From a virus (taxonomy: Duplodnaviria; Caudoviricetes): a stretch of DNA of 64,000 nt. A program made the translations under genes and the position numbers. The notes below the pieces were generated by a model that was not told the DNA's origin, searched no databases, and worked only from the letters and a program-made list of their open reading frames with translations. The DNA lies in IMG/VR virus record IMGVR_UViG_2595698952_000001, positions 1 through 64,000 of that record; one strand, given 5' to 3'. Shown here piece by piece: positions 47,766-58,008 of this stretch (positions are counted from its first letter, which is position 1; each line of letters opens with the position of its first letter).

Positions 47766-49184
47766 ATGCAATTCTATTCCAGTGCTGCGTTACAACTGAT
47801 ATACGACCAGGTGAACCGAGACAACCCGGATTTACCGGTAAAGCTTACCCAGGACGTCGCGGCACTCAAGAGTGGGCCGACGGCTAACTCTGCCAATGGG
47901 CGCAATACCCGTGCGGTATTTGTTGCCTATCCCGGTAAAGGGTACCGTGGTGAAATCACACTCTATTACGACCGTGTTAACTTAGGACAAATCTTTACCA
48001 CGACACTCCGCCCGCTTATCAGCCTGCCTACGACAGTGAAGACGTTAGCAGATGCGTTGCCGTATTTGAACGACTTGCTCGGGCTCAGTCTGACCGTTGA
48101 GGATTTACAATCCCCCACGATGGCCCTGGCTCCGGATACCACCGTTAAGAATACCCAGGCGGCGATTGTCTCCACATCACCAGCGTTTCAGGGTGGGGTG
48201 AATTTCTCGTACCAGGCAGAAGGGCTTGGCTATTACCCGAATTCAGGCCCAGGGCCAAAGACGCTCCGCGCGGGCAATACCTTGATGGGGTATTTCGGCA
48301 AGGTGGACGCGTCTGAACTGTATACGCACGCAGAGCTGTATAACCTGACACTGAAAGGTACACCGGCGACGCTGTATGCAGGAACCGAAGGGTGGTACAA
48401 GTTCTTTTATCAAGGCGGGATTATTTATCTACCGGTAACGCCACTCGCGTATAACGTTAACTGGTCTATCATCTATAACGCGGGGATAGCGTACGGTATC
48501 GAGGGTGTCGGCGCATACCCAACCGTCACACCGGTCAACCAGTCGAAGATTCTGACGAAGTCACTGCCTGAGGGCAAGTTCTATCTGCGTCCACGTTTAC
48601 CGACAGCCAGTGTGAAGGACCCGATGACCGCAACCACCGGCACACTGCCAATTGCAGAGTACGTCGGCAGTATCCTCGAGTTAATGTTGAAAGTGCGAGA
48701 CGGGACGTGGGAATCTAACACCGAAGGTCGGTGGAATGACTGGGCAGTGTTCCTGAACAGCATCGCCGGGACAACCGGTAGTTTTAAACTGGTGGTACCG
48801 CTGTCAAAGAACGGTACCAACGTCGTCAAAACCAATACCGCTACCGCTTGGTACTGGTGGCCGGTGTTAGAGTTGGTGGATACCAATACCACGTTATTGA
48901 AACTGGAAGACCTGACCGGAAAACTGGAAACCTCCTTTACCCCGATTGTGGCCAGCCGTGAACAGAAGTTCGCGTTAGCGCCTGCGGTGTTCAGTGGGCC
49001 GAAGACCACGTTGTTCCAGCCGGTTGTCACGACGCCAGAGAATAGCTTGGCTATTGCTCCACCGATTCCGCTGTTACCGAAGACTGTTGATTTCCGTCCG
49101 GTCGTTGCAACGGGCAGTCAGGTAGATGCACCAACCAAAATCAATCTTTCCTCCCTCAATGGCGAATTGAGCGGGTTTAATTAG
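47766..49184 (+). CDS. Virion paralog class II (anchor domain + GPG domain + repeat tail), cassette 1
   Basis: YDR anchor domain, SGPGPK.L..G...GYFG, WWPVLEL, ends NGELSGFN. Confidence 0.75.
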   Translation: MQFYSSAALQLIYDQVNRDNPDLPVKLTQDVAALKSGPTANSANGRNTRAVFVAYPGKGYRGEITLYYDRVNLGQIFTTTLRPLISLPTTVKTLADALPYLNDLLGLSLTVEDLQSPTMALAPDTTVKNTQAAIVSTSPAFQGGVNFSYQAEGLGYYPNSGPGPKTLRAGNTLMGYFGKVDASELYTHAELYNLTLKGTPATLYAGTEGWYKFFYQGGIIYLPVTPLAYNVNWSIIYNAGIAYGIEGVGAYPTVTPVNQSKILTKSLPEGKFYLRPRLPTASVKDPMTATTGTLPIAEYVGSILELMLKVRDGTWESNTEGRWNDWAVFLNSIAGTTGSFKLVVPLSKNGTNVVKTNTATAWYWWPVLELVDTNTTLLKLEDLTGKLETSFTPIVASREQKFALAPAVFSGPKTTLFQPVVTTPENSLAIAPPIPLLPKTVDFRPVVATGSQVDAPTKINLSSLNGELSGFN

Positions 49185-49196
49185 AGGTAAGACGCC

Positions 49197-50186
49197 ATGG
49201 CATTTATATTGCGCTGGACGAACCCAAACGCAATGAGCACGGTGATTAACATTTACCGTGACACCAAAGACATCCTCACCAGTGCCTTGCCTGCACCGAT
49301 TGCCACGTTAAGTAATGGCGAAACCGAATGGCGCGACACTACCGCACTGGGCGGGAAAACCTACTACTACCTGATGACCGTTACCGCTAACGGTAAAACC
49401 GTCGCTGGCCCTTCCACCCCGTATACCGTCGCGGTGAAACGCGGTATTGGTCCGAGTACCTTTATCCACGGGGACGACAAGCTGGGCTTTATGGGGGTGG
49501 TGCCGTACGAAGAACGTTTCGACGTTAACCAACTTCCTGCAACCTTCCTGTCCATGTTCCCAAACGCGTTCACCGATCGTCCTGTGTTGTTGAAGTTCAG
49601 CTACTACGGGAAGATTATTTACGTCCCGGAATTCTCTCCCTCTATTGGGTTTGCCAGTTGGGCAGCACTTTACACCAACGGGTTAATCTACGGACGTGAT
49701 GACAATGGCCCGGATGGGGGTTGGGGAACACTGACACCTACGAAGCAGGATGCCAAAGTTGTCCATAAAGGTGACATTTACCGGATGCGCGTACCACGGG
49801 GTATCGTGGGGCAGAACACACCAGAGGTATTAGCCTTTAATAACGATTTCCAGTTGAAAGACCATGACGCGGTTGACCTTGGTAACAACGAGTTCAACGA
49901 CTTGATGTACGCCATGGTACTGGACTTCCCAGTAAAGCAGCGTGCCATTAATGCCCACGTATACAGCTCAACGTATCTCGGTGCGGGTGGTGTAGTTAGC
50001 GCTAACCCGAATTTGAACGGTGGTACGGTGTGTATGGAGCACGACAGTGCAAGTGAGCGAGTGTTACATCGCGGACATTATATTACCGCAACGAACCAAT
50101 CGCAGCTCAGTCTAATGCAGCGTATCAACTACGTGACTCCGCAGCAGGCTGGCCGTTATCTTCCCATCTTTGAACTGGTAGAATAG
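49197..50186 (+). CDS. Virion paralog class IIIa (FN3-like + GPG domain), cassette 1
   Basis: LRWTNPN..INIYR..ETEWRD..YYY. Confidence 0.75.
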   Translation: MAFILRWTNPNAMSTVINIYRDTKDILTSALPAPIATLSNGETEWRDTTALGGKTYYYLMTVTANGKTVAGPSTPYTVAVKRGIGPSTFIHGDDKLGFMGVVPYEERFDVNQLPATFLSMFPNAFTDRPVLLKFSYYGKIIYVPEFSPSIGFASWAALYTNGLIYGRDDNGPDGGWGTLTPTKQDAKVVHKGDIYRMRVPRGIVGQNTPEVLAFNNDFQLKDHDAVDLGNNEFNDLMYAMVLDFPVKQRAINAHVYSSTYLGAGGVVSANPNLNGGTVCMEHDSASERVLHRGHYITATNQSQLSLMQRINYVTPQQAGRYLPIFELVE

Positions 50187-50194
50187 GAGCAGTT

Positions 50195-51124
50195 ATGACC
50201 ATTCGTTTAAGCTGGGTTTCACAGGCCAGCAAAAACCTGACTGCTATCGAAATCTATCGTAAAGTTGGGTATGCAGCCACACTCGACGTGAATGCTCCTG
50301 GGACGCCGTATAAGACACTTTCTCCAACAGCCACAGAGTTTATCGAGAATGTGTCTGACGTGACGGAGAAGACCATCTACAGCTACTGGGTAGCAGGTGT
50401 GAAAGATACTGAACGTTTGTTCGGCGCACGGATCGTGCAAGGGTTCTTTTTGGATACTGGGCCAGGCCCACAAACCATTCTCCGTGGAGATTGGTACTGT
50501 GGTTACTTTGGACCGGTTTCTGCTGCGGACTTCTTTACGACCGCTGAAATAAAATCCCTGCTGCCTACAACGCAGGCAGCGATGTTCAGCAACGAACCAG
50601 GAACATGGCACAAGTTTATCTACCTGGGTAGGATTGTGTTCATACCGGCTTCGCAACATACCCAAGCCATTTTTTCTAACGCATACACCCGTGGAATGGC
50701 TTACGGTACCGATGACAACGGTACTATCGTCCCCACAGGCCAAACGGCAACGAAACAAGATGCCCGTATCGCGAAGAATGGCCGCACGTACCGTATTCGT
50801 TTACCTCGAGCTGATGCATACGACACTAAACTCGATGTTACCAACGGTGAGTGGTTCTCGACCATGGGTCGAATGTTTAACAACGCCAACGATTACTCGA
50901 AGGTGGTGGATGCGAATGGGGTAGGGCGTGGAAAATTTGGTGGGTTGGCATTGCTGGGCAATACCGCCAACCAAACCGATCCTGGTGCACAATGTTTAAT
51001 GCCGATGTATAGCGCCGGGACCGTGTTCTTTGCTTACGGTTACCGACCAGATTCGTGGACCACCACCTCATCGCTGAGTACGAACATCGGTATGAGTTTT
51101 GTGTTTGAATTAATCCTCCCGTAA
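50195..51124 (+). CDS. Virion paralog class IIIb (FN3-like + GPG domain), cassette 1
   Basis: IRLSW..Q...AIEIYR and GPGP..ILRGDW. Confidence 0.75.
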   Translation: MTIRLSWVSQASKNLTAIEIYRKVGYAATLDVNAPGTPYKTLSPTATEFIENVSDVTEKTIYSYWVAGVKDTERLFGARIVQGFFLDTGPGPQTILRGDWYCGYFGPVSAADFFTTAEIKSLLPTTQAAMFSNEPGTWHKFIYLGRIVFIPASQHTQAIFSNAYTRGMAYGTDDNGTIVPTGQTATKQDARIAKNGRTYRIRLPRADAYDTKLDVTNGEWFSTMGRMFNNANDYSKVVDANGVGRGKFGGLALLGNTANQTDPGAQCLMPMYSAGTVFFAYGYRPDSWTTTSSLSTNIGMSFVFELILP

Positions 51125-51136
51125 TGGAGAACCACC

Positions 51137-52537
51137 ATGGGGTTTTACAGTGATACGTCGTTGGCACTGTTGTGTCAACAGATTCTCCGTGATAACCCCG
51201 GATTACCTTACCCGCTGACGAAAGACAATGTGCTTATCTTAAGCGGGCCTTTAACTTCCGGTTTAGGGACGAGTGGGCGTAACAGCCGCATTACCTTAAA
51301 CGGGAAGTTAGGGTCGGGTTTTTCTGGGCGTAAGGAGTTCTTTTACGATCGCCTGAAAATGGAATCCATTTATACCAGCCTGCTATCGACGCTGGTACTG
51401 ACGATGCCAAATGGCGTAGCGACCAATGCAGACTTGCTCCCCACTATCAACGATGCGTTGGGATTAGGGTTAGCGTCAACAGACTTAGCTGCCCCCAGTA
51501 CCACGTTAGGGTTAGGCCGTACACCAACCACTGCAACGCTGGCATTGGCCACTAACTGTCCGTGTTTTACTGGCACCCTCACCGTGCAGTGGCAACGCGG
51601 CAGTACCGCGATTTATCCCGATTCGGGCCCTGGCAGTAAAGTGATGTTGATGGGTGACTTGAACGAAGGTTACTTCGGGATGGTGACACAACAGGAACTG
51701 GCAAAAGGGGTGGATGTCTATGCTGCATTTGCTGAGGGGAAATCCTTAGGCACAGCAGGTGGGGTCGATACCGCAGATATGTTCTGGCTGAAGTTTGCGT
51801 TAGACGGCAAGATTTGTTATTTCCCGTCACGCAACATCGGTGCAAACATCACCTGGAATACCCTGGCTAATAACGGGGCAGCCCGCGGAGATGCCAAATA
51901 CCCGATAACCTTCGAAGCAGGTGATGGCAGTACCGTCTTTGCACAACTTCGCCTACCCAACATCAGCACCACCGAAGTTGTTAATCCGAGTCGTGGCGAT
52001 CCTACGTCCGACCCAGTGCGGTTGTTCAACAAAGTCCACAAACAGACATACGGCACCGGTGTCTGGGACGAACTCACCACCATTAACATGGCTGAGGTGT
52101 TCTGGTGGTTAAACCGATATGCGGCATCCAGTGGTAACTCGGCTGTTATCAGTCAGTTTAACATCGCCTCTGTTAACGCCAATGCCATTGTCAATACACA
52201 CAACTGGCGACCCATGCTGGTGTTGGTGGATGGGGAATTGGTACTGGTTCCTCTTCGGAATGTGCAGGGTGAACGCTATTCGGTGTTATCCGCGCCGGGA
52301 CTAACCTACGATCGTACTCCTGACCCGAAACAACTTACGCGTGTGCGGGATGTGAATGGTACGCTGGATAACCCGGTTAGGAAGCCTTGGTTGAACCCAG
52401 TGGGCAGTGCGCCATTAACGGCAGTGCATAACCTCGCCATTGTTCGCGGGTTAAAGCCTATCCATCCGCAAGTAAGTGTGACCATCAACACCAAGATTAA
52501 TCTGGCCACGGCCAACGGTGAATTAACCGGTTTCTAA
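51137..52537 (+). CDS. Virion paralog class II, cassette 2
   Basis: SGPLT.GLGTSGRN, KEFFYDRL, ends NGELTGF. Confidence 0.75.
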   Translation: MGFYSDTSLALLCQQILRDNPGLPYPLTKDNVLILSGPLTSGLGTSGRNSRITLNGKLGSGFSGRKEFFYDRLKMESIYTSLLSTLVLTMPNGVATNADLLPTINDALGLGLASTDLAAPSTTLGLGRTPTTATLALATNCPCFTGTLTVQWQRGSTAIYPDSGPGSKVMLMGDLNEGYFGMVTQQELAKGVDVYAAFAEGKSLGTAGGVDTADMFWLKFALDGKICYFPSRNIGANITWNTLANNGAARGDAKYPITFEAGDGSTVFAQLRLPNISTTEVVNPSRGDPTSDPVRLFNKVHKQTYGTGVWDELTTINMAEVFWWLNRYAASSGNSAVISQFNIASVNANAIVNTHNWRPMLVLVDGELVLVPLRNVQGERYSVLSAPGLTYDRTPDPKQLTRVRDVNGTLDNPVRKPWLNPVGSAPLTAVHNLAIVRGLKPIHPQVSVTINTKINLATANGELTGF

Positions 52538-52549
52538 AAGGGCAAGTAT

Positions 52550-53587
52550 ATGTCTTTAAAACTCTCGTGGAACAACCCCAACGTTGTTCCTACCCGTGTC
52601 CGGATTTATCGGAAAGACACGGATTTCGATTCCAGCACGTTGCCCGCACCGTTAGTGGAACTGACGAACGGTGAAACCACCTGGATTGACCCGACCGCCG
52701 TTGATGGTAACAGTTACTATTACGTTCTCGGGTCAAAGACCGACACGGATGAGGTCTTCACTGCCAGCCAAAAGATTCTGGTGGCAGATAACCGGGGCGT
52801 CGGGTCGAGCACCATTCTGCACGGTGATGCATCGCTGGGTTACATGGACTCGATTCTGTCTGTGGATTTTGTTAACTCGTCAACCATTCTGGCAGCTGCC
52901 CTTAATGCGTCCGGTTTACCGGTTGCGCTGGTACAGCCGACATGGCACAAGTTCATTCGCAACAACAAAATCATCTATGTTCCTGACCAGCAATTCGGGA
53001 CGGCCTCTTTCCCGAATCTGTACCGTGCCGGGTTTGTCTACGGTACGGACTCTGTGGGGCCAGAAGGTTACCCAACAGCTGGTCTGGCAGCACCCGTAAA
53101 CCAGTTACGGATTATCGAGTTCAAAGGCCAGAAGTACAAAATCCGCCTGATGCGGGGCTGGAGTGACGGGGTGATTACTGACGTTAACAACTGGGCCAGC
53201 ACCGGTCAAAGCAACATGGATTTGGTGCCGGAGGCGCAGAACAACGAGTACAGTGACCTTATCTACTCACTGGCAAAATTCGTACCGTTAAAACAACGTA
53301 CGCCGAACTGGCTTAATCTGTCGGTTGACCCGTGGCTGGGCGCACCTTTGTCATCTTACGACAGTGCCACCATCAACAGCTGGCGTGCCACGTTCCGTGT
53401 TCTGTGTCAAGAACGGCGGGCAAACGGGAACATTTTTACGCGCAGTATGCGTGAGTGTACGCTGAACCAAAACCAGGGTAGCCCGAACTCGAAAGCGAAC
53501 TTGACGTACGTGTTTTTGGGCGATGTTAACCAGGCCACTATTTGGATTCCGGTACTGGAACTCGTTGAACAAACCGCCACACTGTAA
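52550..53587 (+). CDS. Virion paralog class IIIa, cassette 2
   Basis: LSWNNPN, PTWHKF and WIPVLEL. Confidence 0.75.
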   Translation: MSLKLSWNNPNVVPTRVRIYRKDTDFDSSTLPAPLVELTNGETTWIDPTAVDGNSYYYVLGSKTDTDEVFTASQKILVADNRGVGSSTILHGDASLGYMDSILSVDFVNSSTILAAALNASGLPVALVQPTWHKFIRNNKIIYVPDQQFGTASFPNLYRAGFVYGTDSVGPEGYPTAGLAAPVNQLRIIEFKGQKYKIRLMRGWSDGVITDVNNWASTGQSNMDLVPEAQNNEYSDLIYSLAKFVPLKQRTPNWLNLSVDPWLGAPLSSYDSATINSWRATFRVLCQERRANGNIFTRSMRECTLNQNQGSPNSKANLTYVFLGDVNQATIWIPVLELVEQTATL

Positions 53588-53598
53588 GGGAGGCTGGC

Positions 53599-54483
53599 AT
53601 GGGTATTAAACTCAAGTGGGACGATCAGTCGGCCCAGAATCTGGACGGGATTGAAATCTACCGTTCAGCCACAAAGATTGACAGCAACAATCCCGGTGCC
53701 CCACTGGCCACGATTGCCGGTAGCGCAACAGCGTACGAAGACAACAGTGTTCTGAACAAGTCACTGTATTACTATCGTATCCTGGCGAAGAAAGGCACGG
53801 ACAAAGCCTGGTCAGAAAATATCCTGGCCGGGTATTTCGCAGAAACGGGGCCGGGTAACCCAACGCCATTACGTGGCGATTGGAATGCTGGGCTGATGGA
53901 CACTGTGCTGCCGCAGGATCTTATCACCAATGCGGCACTACGGGCGAAGGTGCCATCGTTGGCAGCACTCAGTGGCGCTGCGGAACCTGGTGCTTGGTAT
54001 AAGTTCTGTTATAAAGGGACCGTGTTCTTCTGCCCCAGCGCATCCATCGTTACCGCGAGTTGGTCACAGTTATATTCGGCTGGTTTGGTCTACGGGACAG
54101 ACGATGTGGGTGTGTCACCTTCCGGGCCAACAGGGACTGTCAAACAACGGACAGTGGTGAACATCAACGGGCTGAACTATATTCTGCGGTTACCACGCAT
54201 GTCGACCTTGCCGTTAAACCAGTACGTGGTTAATCAGGCTGACACGCTAGGCAGTGAGTGGCGCGACACCGTTGCGCGTTTAGTTGCAGACGGGGTAGAC
54301 ACTTCACCGGGAAGCCGGACTCGCCTGTTTGATTTGGGTTCCTTCGCAAATGCGTTGGGGCCACACCTCAATACCAACGTTAACGTGGCAGGGGTGACCT
54401 CTACAAAACCTGAGACATTGGTTGCTTACAACAGCGGTGCTTCGGTTGCGCAAACTTTGGTGTTAGAACTCATCATGCCTTAA
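53599..54483 (+). CDS. Virion paralog class IIIb, cassette 2
   Basis: MGIKLKWDDQ and LRGDW. Confidence 0.75.
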   Translation: MGIKLKWDDQSAQNLDGIEIYRSATKIDSNNPGAPLATIAGSATAYEDNSVLNKSLYYYRILAKKGTDKAWSENILAGYFAETGPGNPTPLRGDWNAGLMDTVLPQDLITNAALRAKVPSLAALSGAAEPGAWYKFCYKGTVFFCPSASIVTASWSQLYSAGLVYGTDDVGVSPSGPTGTVKQRTVVNINGLNYILRLPRMSTLPLNQYVVNQADTLGSEWRDTVARLVADGVDTSPGSRTRLFDLGSFANALGPHLNTNVNVAGVTSTKPETLVAYNSGASVAQTLVLELIMP

Positions 54484-54493
54484 TGGAGGGGTT

Positions 54494-56017
54494 ATGGGGC
54501 TTTATAACAAGACGTCCCTCGAACTGTTGTGCCAACAAATCGAACGGGACAATCCCGCAACCGCGGGTCAACTTGACGCGGCGTCGATACTGGTGCTCAG
54601 CGGGCCCTTAACCACTGGTCTTGGAACAAGCGGGCGCAATGCCCGCATTATCCTGAACGGTCGTTTAGGAAATGGTTTTATCGGAAAGAAGGAATTCTTT
54701 TACGACCGTTTAAACATTGGACAAATGTTCAAAGGCATCACAGTGGTGTTTCAGGCAGAGGGGTCGTCTAAGACGTACGCCGATTTACTGCCCGCGCTGA
54801 ATGCGCAATATGGATTGGGGTTAGCGGCGGCAGACATTGCCAACGCCACCACCAAACTCCCTTATGGCTACGCGCCAACACAGCTCACGTTAACCATCGC
54901 TGCAACGTCCCTGGCGTATACGGGTACGTTGTCAGTGACCTGGTCACGGAAACCGGTGGGTGTCTTCCCGGAATCTGGCCCAGGTTCGAAGGTCATGCTT
55001 ATCGGGGACATGAATGAGGGCTATTTCGGGGTTGTGACCGAAGCCGAGTTGTTCAGCCCAGTGGAAGTCCTCAGTCAACTGAACGAAGGGCGTACTGAGC
55101 CTTACGGGACGTTACAGGCCATGCCAACCAGTCGGTTTTGGTATAAGTTCGCACGCGATGGGAAAATCTTCTATCTCGCGAACTACAACCAAATCAGTAT
55201 TCGCTGGCAGGAGTTGTACCGCTTGGGGGGTATCTACGAAACGGATACGCCAGACAATAAACAGTTCCCGCCCGATGGGGTGCTGTCTCGTCAAAAGAGC
55301 GTGTTGAAGAAGAAGGAAAATGGGCGCGATTGGTATCTCTCTCCAACCGCACCGAAACTCGCGGGGAGTGACCCGTGGGAGTACGCCGGAGTAAACCAAA
55401 CCCCTGACCCAGGTGGGGACGTTGCGAGACTGTTTGCAAAGGTTGTACCATCGGGTGGTTTCGCCACCGGGGAATGGGATGGTCAAATCATCAATGCTGA
55501 CGGGTTCTGGATGTCCACGACATCACAAACCTCGCCTGCAAATGCATACGGCAGTAGCATGATCGGTGCCAACCAGGGTCAGTACAATAAAACCAACTTT
55601 GTTGGGGGCTGGCGACCGTTCCTGGAACTGGTTGATGTAACCAAAATCGCATTAGGCTTGAACCCGTTCAGTGGGGTACCGGAAGGGGTGTTAAGAAAAC
55701 CTCTGGTCTCCATCAGTCCAGAAGTGACGGATGTGTTGTTAACCCTGAGTGATGTGAAGTGGGAACAAAACGGGGCATTGCGCATTCCGTTAGTGTCGCA
55801 GACATTGCAACCGTTACAAATGACCACGTATTTTGGCTGGACGCGGTTACTTCGTCCGGCTCTCGTGACGGTAAAGCATGAGCCGATACGTAACGTCAAC
55901 CAGGTAGGGTGGACTCGCCCTCTCCGGCGACCTGTCGCGGCACTGACCGTGGACTACAAGGAATCAACAGCCTTTAACTTAGCCAACGCCAACGGTGAGC
56001 TAAACGGCTTTAAATAA
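54494..56017 (+). CDS. Virion paralog class II, cassette 3
   Basis: SGPLT.GLGTSGRN, WRPFLEL, ends NGELNGFK. Confidence 0.75.
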   Translation: MGLYNKTSLELLCQQIERDNPATAGQLDAASILVLSGPLTTGLGTSGRNARIILNGRLGNGFIGKKEFFYDRLNIGQMFKGITVVFQAEGSSKTYADLLPALNAQYGLGLAAADIANATTKLPYGYAPTQLTLTIAATSLAYTGTLSVTWSRKPVGVFPESGPGSKVMLIGDMNEGYFGVVTEAELFSPVEVLSQLNEGRTEPYGTLQAMPTSRFWYKFARDGKIFYLANYNQISIRWQELYRLGGIYETDTPDNKQFPPDGVLSRQKSVLKKKENGRDWYLSPTAPKLAGSDPWEYAGVNQTPDPGGDVARLFAKVVPSGGFATGEWDGQIINADGFWMSTTSQTSPANAYGSSMIGANQGQYNKTNFVGGWRPFLELVDVTKIALGLNPFSGVPEGVLRKPLVSISPEVTDVLLTLSDVKWEQNGALRIPLVSQTLQPLQMTTYFGWTRLLRPALVTVKHEPIRNVNQVGWTRPLRRPVAALTVDYKESTAFNLANANGELNGFK

Positions 56018-56028
56018 CAGGTGGAAAC

Positions 56029-57012
56029 ATGGCACTTAAACTTCTCTGGAAGAATCCCAATACCGTTGCAACCACGATTGACATTTACCGCGGTGACACG
56101 TCGAACGTTAGCTTAACCACGCCACTGAAAACCGTGGATGGTGCGGAGACGTCGTGGATTGACACCACGGCATTGTTTGGGAAAACGTACTATTACGTCT
56201 GGGCAGTAAACTCGGCAGTTGACCGGGTCGTGTCTCGTCCGCAGAAAATCGAAGTCTCTGACCGTCGTGGGCCAGGGTCGAACTTGTTGCGTCACGGTGA
56301 TGAGAACTACGGTTACTACGGTGCGGTGTCAGCGGCGGACTTCGTTAACAGCACCACGCTGTATAACGCAGCGAAAAACACCTCCGGTTTACCGACTACC
56401 GTTATCTACCCGACGTGGCACAAATTTGCCCGTAAAGGGAAAGTCGTCTTTGTGCCCAACCAGTGGTTCGGGGATGTTACCTGGCAGAGTCTGTATGACG
56501 CGGGTCTGGTCTACGGGACAGATGATGTTGGCGGAGCCAATCCGGCAGGCACCGTTAACCAGTTGACCACTTTTGATTTCAACGGTGAAACGTTCCTGAT
56601 TCGTTTGATGAAAGGAATGCCAGAGGGTCTCGTGTGGGACGGGTCAAACTTTAACCCGAATACCTTCGCCCCGATGAAAGACGTCTACGCCGAATACGAG
56701 GACTTCCTCTACCCGTTGTGTAAAGACGCGCCGTTACGCCAAAGAATGGTCTCGGTTGATACACTCGACGGCAGGGCCTGGATACCAGGGGCAGCCTACA
56801 ACAACCGTGTCAACTATGGGGTGATTTGTCAGGAAGCCCTGGCCAACGTGTTGGTACGTGGTACGCCGAACTACAACAACGACCCGTCAACACGCAGTTC
56901 CATGGAATCCACGATTGCCCGCAGTCGTACCGCCGGGACACCGTGGGTACCGGTTGTCGAATACGTGGGTCGTGTAGGTGAGACCTTTACCCTGCCGAAG
57001 ACGGCCAAGTAA
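56029..57012 (+). CDS. Virion paralog class IIIa, cassette 3
   Basis: LLWKNPN, PTWHKF and WVPVVEY. Confidence 0.75.
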   Translation: MALKLLWKNPNTVATTIDIYRGDTSNVSLTTPLKTVDGAETSWIDTTALFGKTYYYVWAVNSAVDRVVSRPQKIEVSDRRGPGSNLLRHGDENYGYYGAVSAADFVNSTTLYNAAKNTSGLPTTVIYPTWHKFARKGKVVFVPNQWFGDVTWQSLYDAGLVYGTDDVGGANPAGTVNQLTTFDFNGETFLIRLMKGMPEGLVWDGSNFNPNTFAPMKDVYAEYEDFLYPLCKDAPLRQRMVSVDTLDGRAWIPGAAYNNRVNYGVICQEALANVLVRGTPNYNNDPSTRSSMESTIARSRTAGTPWVPVVEYVGRVGETFTLPKTAK

Positions 57013-57022
57013 GGAGTAGAAC

Positions 57023-57919
57023 GTGGGTATTAAAATTAACTGGGACGACCAGACTGACCAGGCACTGGATGCAGTAGAAGTGTATCGGAGCACCTCACCT
57101 ATTGATGAGAATGCACCTGGAACCCCTATTGCGACTTTACCGGGCACGGCACGAGAGTACGAAGACACCGGCGTGAAGAACGGTAACACGTACTACTACC
57201 GTGTGGCAGTGGTGAAAGGCGCTAATCGCTCTTTCGGTACTCAACAGACCGCAGGGTACTACTCTAACCTCGGGCCCGGTCCGAAGAAGATTCTGCGGGG
57301 CGATTGGATAGCTGGGTATTTCGGTGAGATGCTGAATGCAGACTGGGTGTTGCCGTTGGATGTGGCGAACAAAATTACCGCAGCCCTGAAATCCACCGTT
57401 GGGATTAACTACATCACCTCGTCTGACCGTTGGCACAAGTTTATCTATAAAGGTAAAGTGTTGTTCGTGCCATCTACCCGACTGATGTACTCGACGTATG
57501 CAAACGCGTACAACGCCGGGTTCTTGTTCGGTGAAGACGGCGTTGGCCAACTGCCGACGGGGCCTGCGGGGAACGTTAATCAGAAAACGGTTATCGAGAT
57601 TGGTGGGTATCAGTTCCTGGTACGCCCTATCCGCATGTCGGACAAACCAACTTCGCAGTACCTGACCGCACAAGCGGACTTTGTGGAAAGCGAATGGAAG
57701 AAGACGTTTGCCCGTTTGCGTATCGATGCGAACGCACAAACCGACCCAACCATCTTTGCCCGGTTCAGCGACTACACCACCATCGACTGGTGCGGCGGCC
57801 CACACCAGGCAAGCGCAACGACGTGTGCAACTGCGGTTAACGGCAACCCGGAGAATCTCGGTACCACGGCGAACACCAGTAACATCAACTGGTGTATTGC
57901 ATTGGAATTGATTCCGTAA
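57023..57919 (+). CDS. Virion paralog class IIIb, cassette 3
   Basis: GTG start; MGIKINWDDQ and LRGDW. Confidence 0.75.
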   Translation: MGIKINWDDQTDQALDAVEVYRSTSPIDENAPGTPIATLPGTAREYEDTGVKNGNTYYYRVAVVKGANRSFGTQQTAGYYSNLGPGPKKILRGDWIAGYFGEMLNADWVLPLDVANKITAALKSTVGINYITSSDRWHKFIYKGKVLFVPSTRLMYSTYANAYNAGFLFGEDGVGQLPTGPAGNVNQKTVIEIGGYQFLVRPIRMSDKPTSQYLTAQADFVESEWKKTFARLRIDANAQTDPTIFARFSDYTTIDWCGGPHQASATTCATAVNGNPENLGTTANTSNINWCIALELIP

Positions 57920-57923
57920 GCCT

Positions 57924-57962
57924 TACCCTCTCGCCTTCGGGTGGGAGGGTATTTCTTTTTTA
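57924..57962 (+). terminator. Intrinsic terminator
   Basis: TACCCTCTCGCC-TTCG-GGTGGGAGGGTA followed by a T-run. Confidence 0.8.
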
Positions 57963-58008
57963 CGCGTATGGTATGAACCATTGTTGTTAATGCTATAAGG
58001 AGGCCATT

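Noticed and set aside
41636-57919. Diversity-generating retroelement or shufflon driving the paralog array
   Set aside because: No reverse transcriptase, recombinase, near-identical TR/VR pair or inverted crossover sites seen; similarity is at the protein level only.
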